Shown here piece by piece: positions 47,053 to 56,400 of a DNA stretch of 64,000 nt; within the stretch, counting starts at the first letter, position 1, and every line of letters begins with the position of its first letter. Under the pieces are notes generated by a model. That model saw only the letters and a list, made by a program, of their open reading frames with translations. It searched no databases and had not been told where the DNA came from. Location of the stretch: positions 1 to 64,000 of the forward strand of contig JAWOCD010000052.1 of assembly GCA_046483985.1 (NCBI GenBank). Direction: 5' to 3'. The stretch is from Promethearchaeia archaeon. GTDB lineage: Archaea; Asgardarchaeota; Lokiarchaeia; Sigyniarchaeales; SOKP01. Both the position numbers and the translations under genes were made by a program.

Positions 47053-48354
47053 TTATTTACTTTGGATCAGATAGTAACAGTCTCGTACGCTTGTGTGACC
47101 TACATCTCCGCCGGCGCCTTCTCCTCCCACGGAATCCCCCGTCAAATAAAGATTTTCTATTTTATGAACTGTATTTCCCAGCCGTGTAAATTTATGCTGT
47201 TCAGTATTGATTTCAACTCCATCTACCATCTCAAGAAATAATGGTCGTTCATGTAATGTCTTTTCTTTGAGGCGTGGAAACGTTTGATAAATTTTTTCCT
47301 TAAATTCTTGAAAAATTTCTTGAGATTTACTCTTATTTTTAATATCCTCCACATTTACTGGTCTAAAAAAGGTCATGATTGACTTTTCATCCGGTGCAAT
47401 ATTGGAGTTTTCAAGATTCGAAGGCACAAATCCAAATGAGAGGGGGTCTTCCAAGAAGAAAAAATCCATGTCCGTGATCGCTTCTGAGAGACAAAAATCA
47501 ATGGATACGCCTGCAGTCGGCCGTATGTTCTTACATTTCTCGACGAAATCTTCAGAACACAAATTTTCATCTAAGATATTAAATAACTTTTGTACAGGGA
47601 TAGTATTCACGATGATGTTTCCCTTTACACTTTTATCTCCTATTTTCACACCCACAGCAGTTGAGTCCTGTACAATAATCTCATCAACCTTGCTATTTAG
47701 CCAAATCTCTCCGTTATTCTCCTCAATTCTTTCCCTAAATTGAGAAAAAATCGAACTCCATCCTCCCTTTGGATAATATATACTTCCCTTGTTGAATATC
47801 CGACGGATGTTATGCAATAACTCGCCTGCGGATGATCGTTCTGGAAAAGGACACACTTGTACTCCAGAGCTTGCAATGGTTAAGTATCGTCGTAAATCAT
47901 GATGTAGATTTATTTGATCAAACCATTCGGCCAAAGAAACATCATATAATTCTTCAATCTTTTTTAAATCCCATTTTTTGACAACTTTAATTATAAATCC
48001 TAATGTTTTGAAAAATGGGACCAGATCGCTTCTCAAGATTTGGAATATTCCTCCCGAAGGATAAATGGTTTTGGTTCCGTCTTTCATAACAACCCAGAAT
48101 TTACCAGGCTCGATAAATTCTATAGGTTTCTCGATCTCATTGAGAGATTTTGCAAGCGCACTATTTGGACCAAAACGAATGGGATGAGCACCATAATCTA
48201 ATTTAAATCCGTCAATATTTACTACGCGGGCTCTTCCACCGATTTCTCTATCCTTTTCCAAGATTAAAACCTCTCCGTGCTGAGATAATAAGGCCCCTAT
48301 GTGTAATCCCGCTATTCCGCCTCCAATTATTATATAGTCATATTTTTTTTCCAT
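47053..48354 (-). CDS. FAD-dependent oxidoreductase (phytoene dehydrogenase-like)
   Basis: IIGGGIAGL, EK...IGGR, D.GAH, YPKGG and NLYLTGD. Confidence 0.88.
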   Translation of the reverse strand: MEKKYDYIIIGGGIAGLHIGALLSQHGEVLILEKDREIGGRARVVNIDGFKLDYGAHPIRFGPNSALAKSLNEIEKPIEFIEPGKFWVVMKDGTKTIYPSGGIFQILRSDLVPFFKTLGFIIKVVKKWDLKKIEELYDVSLAEWFDQINLHHDLRRYLTIASSGVQVCPFPERSSAGELLHNIRRIFNKGSIYYPKGGWSSIFSQFRERIEENNGEIWLNSKVDEIIVQDSTAVGVKIGDKSVKGNIIVNTIPVQKLFNILDENLCSEDFVEKCKNIRPTAGVSIDFCLSEAITDMDFFFLEDPLSFGFVPSNLENSNIAPDEKSIMTFFRPVNVEDIKNKSKSQEIFQEFKEKIYQTFPRLKEKTLHERPLFLEMVDGVEINTEQHKFTRLGNTVHKIENLYLTGDSVGGEGAGGDVGHTSVRDCYYLIQSK

Positions 48355-48395
48355 AGATAAAACACGATTTTATTAAATCATTTGTTATTACTAAT

Positions 48396-48646
48396 TGAAC
48401 TACTCACGCCTAAGGGCGTGAGATTCATATTCTCTAATGCGTGATCAGTACATTAGACAATATAGGTTGGCTCTCCAACCGTAAATTACGGTTCTGCTTC
48501 TTTTTAGAATTACGAAGTATAGTAATGCTAAGGTAGGTATTAGTCCAAAGCATTGTTTAATTATAATTTAGATATCGACCTATTTAAAAATATGGTCTTA
48601 AGATATTTATTAATTTAAACGCAAAATTCATCTCCATCTCAAAGGA
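48396..48646 (-). mobile_element. Non-autonomous IS200/IS605 (IS1341-like) mini-element: partial left end, internally deleted tnpB, omegaRNA-like right end
   Basis: On the minus strand: TCCTTTGAGATGGAGATGAATTTTGCG (like the 20004 end), a TTTAAATA box, a 39-aa ORF at 48434-48553 (MLWTNTY...ILRNSKKK), then GAATCTCACGCCCTTAGGCGTGAGTAGTTCA. Confidence 0.8.
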
Positions 48647-48683
48647 TAATAAAAATTTTTATTATTTGTACTTATAAATAATT

Positions 48684-49277
48684 ATGAAACCGGAAAATTT
48701 CAGAAAATCCCTCTATTTTGTAACTGGGAACCCCCATAAATTTAAAGAAGTTAAGGAGATAATCAGTGAAGAAATCGATGATTACCGCTTGAAGCATGGA
48801 AAGCTTCCCACAGTTGAAATACAGTCCAATTCACTCGAAGAAGTTGCAAAATATAAATTAAAGAGCGTGAAAGACGGTTTTTCTAATTCATGTTTTGTAG
48901 AGGATGCGGGTTTTTTTATTGAAACTCCTTTAAAGGGCTTTCCTGGCGTGTATTCATCATATGTTCATAAAACTATTGGAAATGAGGGAATTCTAAAGTT
49001 GATTGATAATTTTGAGAATTCTGTCGCCCACTTTTCTGCCGTAATTGCTCTTTACTTTAAACCCACCGAAGAAATTATGGTATTTACCGGAAAAACAAAG
49101 GGAAAAGTATCTAATGAGCAGAGGGGTCAACAAGGATTTGGTTATGATCCTATTTTTATCCCTAAAAAATATCCGGATAAAACGTTTGGAGAACTAACCG
49201 TTGATGAGAAAAATACAATATCACACCGTAGTAGAGCGCTCCAAAAGCTTATATCCTTTCTCAAAAAACAATCTTAA
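48684..49277 (+). CDS. rdgB: XTP/dITP diphosphatase (HAM1 family)
   Basis: TGNPHKFKE, EDAG, GFPGVYS, GFGYDPIF and KN.ISHR. Confidence 0.95.
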   Translation: MKPENFRKSLYFVTGNPHKFKEVKEIISEEIDDYRLKHGKLPTVEIQSNSLEEVAKYKLKSVKDGFSNSCFVEDAGFFIETPLKGFPGVYSSYVHKTIGNEGILKLIDNFENSVAHFSAVIALYFKPTEEIMVFTGKTKGKVSNEQRGQQGFGYDPIFIPKKYPDKTFGELTVDEKNTISHRSRALQKLISFLKKQS

Positions 49278-49296
49278 TTATTCTCTTTTATTGGAT

Positions 49297-50247
49297 TTAC
49301 GTGAAATCGTATTTGTCCTGGATTTTCGTTTTCTCTTCTTCTTTTTTCTCTTTTTCTTCCAACTCTTGTTCCTTTTTTTCCTTTAATTTTTTGTATCCCT
49401 TTTTACCGAATTTTTCTTTCTTCAACATTTTCATATACTTCTTTCTTTTCTTCTTCTTTTTTTTTCTTTCTTTTTGGCGATATTCTTTCCGCAATTGTTC
49501 AAGTTTTCTTTTCTTTCTCTCTTCAATACTCATTGTCTTGATACGAGCTTTCTGCTTTAATTCTTGCTTTCTTTTTTCTTCCTTTTTTTGAGCCTTTTGA
49601 GGATATAGATATAAATTTATGGAATTAATCGCTCTTAAATTAAAGAAAAGGAGAATAGAAAATAATAATATAAGCACAATCAAAAAACCGGTCATGATAA
49701 AAATAAAGGGGTAAAACGCTTCTGCAGTAATTAAACATATGCCCGTCTCCGCATTACACCCTATAAACGGATAAAACAATTGAGCATTTCTCGGATAATA
49801 ATTTAACCATAGAATTAAGGTCACAACTATTATAAGGGCAAATACAAGTTGTAGCAAGATATTCTTTTTATACGCCTCTCCAGATTTTTTAGCGCGTTGT
49901 TTCTTGTCGTAATCCTTTCGTTCTTCCAAGATTTTCAGTCTTGGCTTAATGGTGAAAGTAATCTGCATATAATATAATAAAATATCAAAAGATTGGCTTA
50001 TGATAATAACCCAAGTCAAGACAGTAGAGAAAGAAATTAAATCGAGCCATTTATAATAGTCAAACGAAATCCCCATCGGATCAATAACTACGAATTGAAG
50101 ATAGGTGGCTGCAACATATATGATAAAAATCAGAGTCACCCCAATGATAGACAACCCAAAAGAGATCTTATTGAACCTTTGGATGCCTTTTAGTTGCTCC
50201 TCCTTTAAAAAACTATAAAATTCTTGATCTAAATTTTCCGATTGCAT
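49297..50247 (-). CDS. 4-TM membrane protein with Lys/Glu-rich coiled-coil tail
   Basis: Four hydrophobic helices, a C-x5-C loop and a highly charged C-terminus. Confidence 0.7.
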   Translation of the reverse strand: MQSENLDQEFYSFLKEEQLKGIQRFNKISFGLSIIGVTLIFIIYVAATYLQFVVIDPMGISFDYYKWLDLISFSTVLTWVIIISQSFDILLYYMQITFTIKPRLKILEERKDYDKKQRAKKSGEAYKKNILLQLVFALIIVVTLILWLNYYPRNAQLFYPFIGCNAETGICLITAEAFYPFIFIMTGFLIVLILLFSILLFFNLRAINSINLYLYPQKAQKKEEKRKQELKQKARIKTMSIEERKKRKLEQLRKEYRQKERKKKKKKRKKYMKMLKKEKFGKKGYKKLKEKKEQELEEKEKKEEEKTKIQDKYDFT

Positions 50248-50391
50248 AAAAAAATTAAAACTCGGGGAATTGAATTAATCTACATTTTTTAATTCAATAA
50301 TAGGTTCAATAAATATTAAATTTTTTTTAAAGAATTTATGTGCGAAAAAATAAAAAAATAATAGAAAGAAGAAAACAGCAAAAAAAATAAC

Positions 50392-53358
50392 TTAAAAGGA
50401 TTGTCTGAAAATATCCATGATGCTCTGCCTACTTAATTTTAGGAGAATAATATACATACCGACAATACCTACCGATACTGAAATAATAAAGACCCGCAAA
50501 AGGGTATCAACAGGCACTGAATAAATCACGGGCATCTCCGTTAATAATGCAATATTTGTCTCCATAAGGTATGCAGTATAAGAACCGATTAATGTCCCCA
50601 TAATCCCAGCACTCAGCATGATAATCATGCTTTCCAGTAAGAACATATTCCGAACATTTTTCGACTTCATACCCATTGATCGAAGGATTCCAATCTCAAA
50701 TTTACGTTCTAACATAATGGAATACATGTTACTTATCAAACCGAAAACACAAATCATAACAGTAAACATCAAAACAATCTCCATTAAAAGACTCTGTCGT
50801 TGGCTCATTTCATCCATGTAGTTAATCTTTGAAATTGCATCATCAATGATAAAACTTTTATCTTTAAACCTCGCTTCAATATCTTCTTTTGTTTGTTTAA
50901 TGTTTTCTTCTGTATTTTCTAATAAATCAATAAAGACTTTATCAATAACCATTTCTGGTTGTCTCGCATTTTCTACATCCATTAATCGCATATAATTATC
51001 TAAAGAAACCATTACCCCACCTCCGCTGGCAGAATACTCGGAACTTCTGAAGTTCCAAAATCCCGGGATACCTCCCGAAATCCCAGCAACCTCTAATACT
51101 GTAACGTTCCCAGGATCATTTTCTTTTTGAGGATCACGAAGCGTTAATCTGAGTTCTTCCCCTACTTCATCAACTCCTATTGTGTCAGCAATTGATTTTG
51201 CAAGGATACATGTATTATTCTTATTAAGCATTTTATTAAACGAATTTTCAAAACCGCTATTTGGACTTTTCCAGATCAGCATATCTTGATCTACCATATC
51301 AGCAAAATCTTGCCCAACTCCGATAAAGCCTGCGGAAACACTATCTGTGTTTGAAATATCCGCCACTTCTGTTTCATATTTTTCCTGGCCTTGAGTCGAA
51401 TAATATTGGAGTAAATCGTTAATTTGTTGTTCTGCCGAATTATCTTCAAAACCCGACCCTCCTTCCGCCACTGAAAAACCAACGGATAAAGCTGCTTGAA
51501 CATCAAATGTATTATGTAATGAATAGGAAACTTGATCCACCCCACCAATCTGTCTGAGGTCTTTCATCATATCTTGTGTAATTCCACTGTCCTCTCCTCC
51601 TTGGTTGACCAGAACTAGATCCGAACCATATTGGAAGCTAAAATTTTGGGCCAAATTATCTGAATTCATTTCGGTATAACTTGTAATGAAAAATATAAAT
51701 GAAAAGGAAATAGCAAACATGACTACGGTACTTGTATTTCTTCTCCGATATCGTTTTAGGGAAATTTTAATGATATTAGCGTATTTTTTAATTGCGGGAG
51801 AGATGATCCCTAAAAAGATACGCTGAATTAATGGAACAACTCCAACCGATGCAAATACCAATCCAATTAGTATTGCCGCGAGTAAAAATATAAATAGTCC
51901 CGCAATTAGCATCATCTCTCCAGTTACAAATATTTGAGGCATTACGATGAAAATTATCATCCCAATAGTTGCAATCGAGATCCCTACTAAAAAACTCTTT
52001 ACATTAACACTTCCTTCTTTTTTTACTTCCCATCCTTCTTCTTTTGTCTGGAAGGGTGTTATTGATTTGATTAAATCCATTCGAGCTGCTTTTAATGAAG
52101 GAAGAAGTGCAACAAGTAATGAAACGACCGTCCCAATTCCAAAACCAATCAAAAGCATTTCTGGATTTATTATAAATTGGATATCAGAGAATTCAAATTC
52201 AAGTAATGTGAATATACTTTCAGCAATAGACGGTGTTAGAGAAATCCCTGCCACGATTCCTCCAATTGAACCGATTAGACCTAGTAGAAACCCTTCAAAT
52301 AATACCATTTTCACTGGAAATTTCTTTTGCCCGCCAACCACCCGTAAAATCCCAAATTCTCTTATTCTTTCTTCGACTGAAGTCGAGAGGATACTATTAA
52401 TTAATATTCCCGTGATAAGCATAGATAAAATTGTAATAAACCAGAAAATAATCGTGGTTCCCATTAATAAAAATTCTCCCCCTTCTAATTCTTCCAATTT
52501 TGGAAGCGCAACTTGGTATTCATTAATATCTAATCTTTCTTGAATTTTATCTCCTAAACGACGTAGATTTCTCGTAGTTGCCGTGAGGTCGCTGGCATCA
52601 TATAAATCCTCGGGATTATTGAACGTTCCATAGATCATATTTATTTTTCCATCCTTTTCGAGAAAATCTTGAGCAAAGTCTAAATTGACCAAAATTAATG
52701 CCTTTTCAAATTCCATAAATTTTAAATCTTGTTCGCAAATACCGACAACTTCTACTGAGTCGTTATGTTGCTGGTAACCGATATTGATTGTATCTCCTTT
52801 ACTGACATTGAGTAATTCTGCTACCTTGTATAATATCACACATTCTCCATTACCTGGTTCGTCCTCGTATTTTTCACCGGTGGGTTCGCCATTCTCGTCA
52901 ACGAGTAATAAATCGCCCATACGGCTTGTATTAGCCTCTTTCTGAAAGTCCATTCCGTACATCTGTAGTGTGCCGTTTGCGCTTGTTTTCTCAGAACTGG
53001 TCTCTACGGGCATCATAATTCGCGGATAAAATTCATCGATTCCCTCTATATCTTGCAGCTTATCATCAATAATTGCTTCATCAAAAAAGGGATCATATGT
53101 TACATCAACGTCTATTGATCTCGTGACTAAAATATCGGCATCACCAGTGGTGGTCGTCAAAACTTGTACATAATTATAGTTTATCGTGTCATTGAGCATA
53201 CCGATGGCTGACAAAAGAAATATAGATATTGCTATCCCGATGACTCCAAAGATCGTCTTGGCCTTATCTCTTTTCATATCTAACCAAGTTAACTTTACGA
53301 ACTGGAGATCGAATTTTCTCTTTAACTTGTATATAAAGTTCCTAATATCTAACTTCAT
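50392..53358 (-). CDS. ABC transporter permease with duplicated FtsX/MacB-type domains
   Basis: Two FtsX motifs (EERIREFGILRVVG; ERKFEIGILRSMG), each after a large extracytoplasmic domain. Confidence 0.92.
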   Translation of the reverse strand: MKLDIRNFIYKLKRKFDLQFVKLTWLDMKRDKAKTIFGVIGIAISIFLLSAIGMLNDTINYNYVQVLTTTTGDADILVTRSIDVDVTYDPFFDEAIIDDKLQDIEGIDEFYPRIMMPVETSSEKTSANGTLQMYGMDFQKEANTSRMGDLLLVDENGEPTGEKYEDEPGNGECVILYKVAELLNVSKGDTINIGYQQHNDSVEVVGICEQDLKFMEFEKALILVNLDFAQDFLEKDGKINMIYGTFNNPEDLYDASDLTATTRNLRRLGDKIQERLDINEYQVALPKLEELEGGEFLLMGTTIIFWFITILSMLITGILINSILSTSVEERIREFGILRVVGGQKKFPVKMVLFEGFLLGLIGSIGGIVAGISLTPSIAESIFTLLEFEFSDIQFIINPEMLLIGFGIGTVVSLLVALLPSLKAARMDLIKSITPFQTKEEGWEVKKEGSVNVKSFLVGISIATIGMIIFIVMPQIFVTGEMMLIAGLFIFLLAAILIGLVFASVGVVPLIQRIFLGIISPAIKKYANIIKISLKRYRRRNTSTVVMFAISFSFIFFITSYTEMNSDNLAQNFSFQYGSDLVLVNQGGEDSGITQDMMKDLRQIGGVDQVSYSLHNTFDVQAALSVGFSVAEGGSGFEDNSAEQQINDLLQYYSTQGQEKYETEVADISNTDSVSAGFIGVGQDFADMVDQDMLIWKSPNSGFENSFNKMLNKNNTCILAKSIADTIGVDEVGEELRLTLRDPQKENDPGNVTVLEVAGISGGIPGFWNFRSSEYSASGGGVMVSLDNYMRLMDVENARQPEMVIDKVFIDLLENTEENIKQTKEDIEARFKDKSFIIDDAISKINYMDEMSQRQSLLMEIVLMFTVMICVFGLISNMYSIMLERKFEIGILRSMGMKSKNVRNMFLLESMIIMLSAGIMGTLIGSYTAYLMETNIALLTEMPVIYSVPVDTLLRVFIISVSVGIVGMYIILLKLSRQSIMDIFRQSF

Positions 53359-53440
53359 GTGCTTCCGCTTTTTTTTAATTCTTTTTTTCTATCTTATAAT
53401 TTATTTTTAGTAAACTACAGTAAATTTGAAATAATCTTAT

Positions 53441-56400
53441 CTAATCTAATATGCTAAACTCATCATCTTTCTTTTTCTTTTTAAATTTTAGAGGGAATTT
53501 ACCCTCTTCTGCTAATATTTCTTTAATATCTTTGCTTGTCCGTCTAATTAATCGTATACCTTTACATTCTTTATTAGGACAATAATATTCTCTGCTGGGT
53601 TCCTCTTTAAAATACCAATTCCCGCAATTTACACAATTATATGCGGCGTATATTTGATCGTGTCCGCATTCGGGACAAATCATATCAAATTTATCAGAGA
53701 TGAACCATCTTTTACATAATTTACAATGCAGAGATAGCGGCCTTGCCATTTCTTCTTCTGGCTCTAAAATCTCGATTCGTTTAATTGCCTGATTCCGATC
53801 GATCCTTTCTAATCGCTTCTTTTCAGCGTTATAGTTCTGGATACGATTTATCCACGCTTTACCGCGCCTTTCTGCAATAAGATACATGGCAGTTGCTAAA
53901 ATGATTGCGATCAATATCCCAATTATCCAAGGTCCCCACTTATAAAAATCAATATATCCATTCTCAATTTCAACGGTAATTGTCTCTTCAACTCGATTAC
54001 CCTCTTTGTCAAAGGCAACAATAGTGATATCATAAATCCCGTCATCATGCTGCCACGTGTCCCATGTATATGTAAGAATCCCGGTCTCTTCGTCAAACTC
54101 AAATTGATCTTTCTTTGCGCTTTCGTCGTTGATATATATCTGGACTCTCTCTTCATCAATTGCGGTATTATCGCTGAGTTCTGCTTTTATCTCTACATCA
54201 GAATTAACCGTTTCTTTATGAGTTGGGCTTAAGATTTCGATGGTTGGGGCTACAAAATCGGCAGATTTTTCAAAACCTACATATATATCTTTCAAAAACC
54301 ATCCCGTTCCTGTGTTGGTAGAGTTAATCATTTCATAAGGGTCCCAATCATTTGAGTCCAAGGTAAACATCATCATAACATTTTTTTCTCTATATTTTGA
54401 TATATCAATTTTAACAGAAGCTTCATCATCTGGAGAGTCTTCTCTATAATATTCACGAATTGGTTCCCACGATTCTCCAAAATCAGTACTTACAGAAACA
54501 ATCAATTTATCATGCTCTCCCGTAAAAAATTCAAAATCTTCATAATCAAGTGAAAAATCATGGGTGAATTTCAAGTAAGGTGTATGGATTTTACCGATAT
54601 AAATTGGTTTAGTAATCAATTTGGCATTCCAATTTTTTCCATATCCGTTATTTTCTCCGAACTGAATATTGTACTGTCCAACTCCTCCATACATTACATT
54701 TCCGTAGGTAAGGGAATTTATTGGATGCCATGTGTTATCGCCACCCAGCCAAGCGGTACGTTCATTAGGCACCGGTTTTCCGCCCACATAAAAATCATCC
54801 AAACTGGTGACGTTGTATTCATATCCAATTCCCAAGCCGGTATCCGTATAGGTATTATATTCTAAGGGGTTCGGATCACTTAATTGAATCAAACTATCAT
54901 CTTCGTTGTACCACTCTGATTTTATTGTTTTATTGCCATCATTAACTATAAACCTGAAGGTTCGATTTGCCATATCCCCCACGATCAGACTTTTTTGAAA
55001 TAATATCCCCCAATCATCGACATCCTCTGATGAAGCATCCCAATCTCCGTAAATATTTAGCATATCATAAGTATTTCCATTAATCTCTAATTTGACATCC
55101 TCTGGATAATTATTATCTTCATCGTAATATTCACATGCAAATTTAAATCTCCGGTATCGAAAACCTTCATTGGGAGTTACTGCTAAATCTTTTTTAGCAC
55201 GAATCTCACCTGGTGAATTATTTGTATAATTTTGGATTGCAAAATAGTCAAACATAAATCCCCTGTATTTTGTTTGGTCAAATGTATCATCGAGATCGGC
55301 TTCAAACCTAAATTGTACATAAGAACCCTTATACTCGGAAAGGTTTACTTTAAATAGAGACCATTCTTCTTCTTGGTTTTCAAAACTTGCAATTTCTTCC
55401 CATGTTGACCAATTGTGTGATAAATATAAATTCATCTCATCTCCGTCATTTATACTCACCCTTATACCAAATTTTGCAATCGGATTTGTGTCCTCATTTA
55501 AATTTGTCAAATTATATAAAGGACTTGTTAAAGTACCATTCGGATAGGGATCTCCAAAAATAGCAGGTTGATAAGTATATTCGTCTGTATAAGAATATGC
55601 CGTTCCAAAATACATTGTATTCCATCCCCCTGGATGGATTCGTTCTCTATCATCATTAGTATTTGACTGCAATAAACGGTTCCACCCGGTTCCAGTATCA
55701 GCCCACTCGTTTCCAATTGAACTACCCCTTATTTCGTGGGGAAATTGCTCCGTTTCGGGTTGAGTTATCTCTATTGAAAGGGATCCACTTTCTGGATATC
55801 TTATATCATGTGCTCCATCACTTCCTACAAAATAATACTTAAAGGTCCCCGGTACAGAAAACTTAATCTCTTCACTTGAATAGATTACCCCCTCGGAGAA
55901 GTTTATTTCTCCCTCATTTCTTAGTTGGTCAATATTTAATGAATAGTTGTTTTTATCCTCAATGACCAGTTCTATCTCTTGGGGTTGGGAATTAAAAGTA
56001 TCATTATCTGAATATTCGATGAAGAATTGAAAGCTATCGATTGTATAATTTCCTTCAATGATTTCTCCTTCATCTTCACGCGTACTCAAAACAGTTGTAT
56101 TTTTATCTTCGGTTCCATTAGCATAAGATATTTCTGGAACTTCAAATTCTGGTTCATAAGCATTTGTGATATTCGTAATACTCAAATTGAATGGACTAGC
56201 CCCATCTCTCGCTTTTATCACTACAATACTTTCCGTCTGGTCCTTATTAGGCGAGAAATAAAATGAATTTGAAGTAGGGTCATACCATTTCCTTATAGAT
56301 TCCAAGAGTATAGGTTCTCCGTATTGATTTGATTCATTCGAAAATAAAAACATATCAAAATCTGCGTCATCTGAAACTCCGGTCAGGTTAAAAACATATG

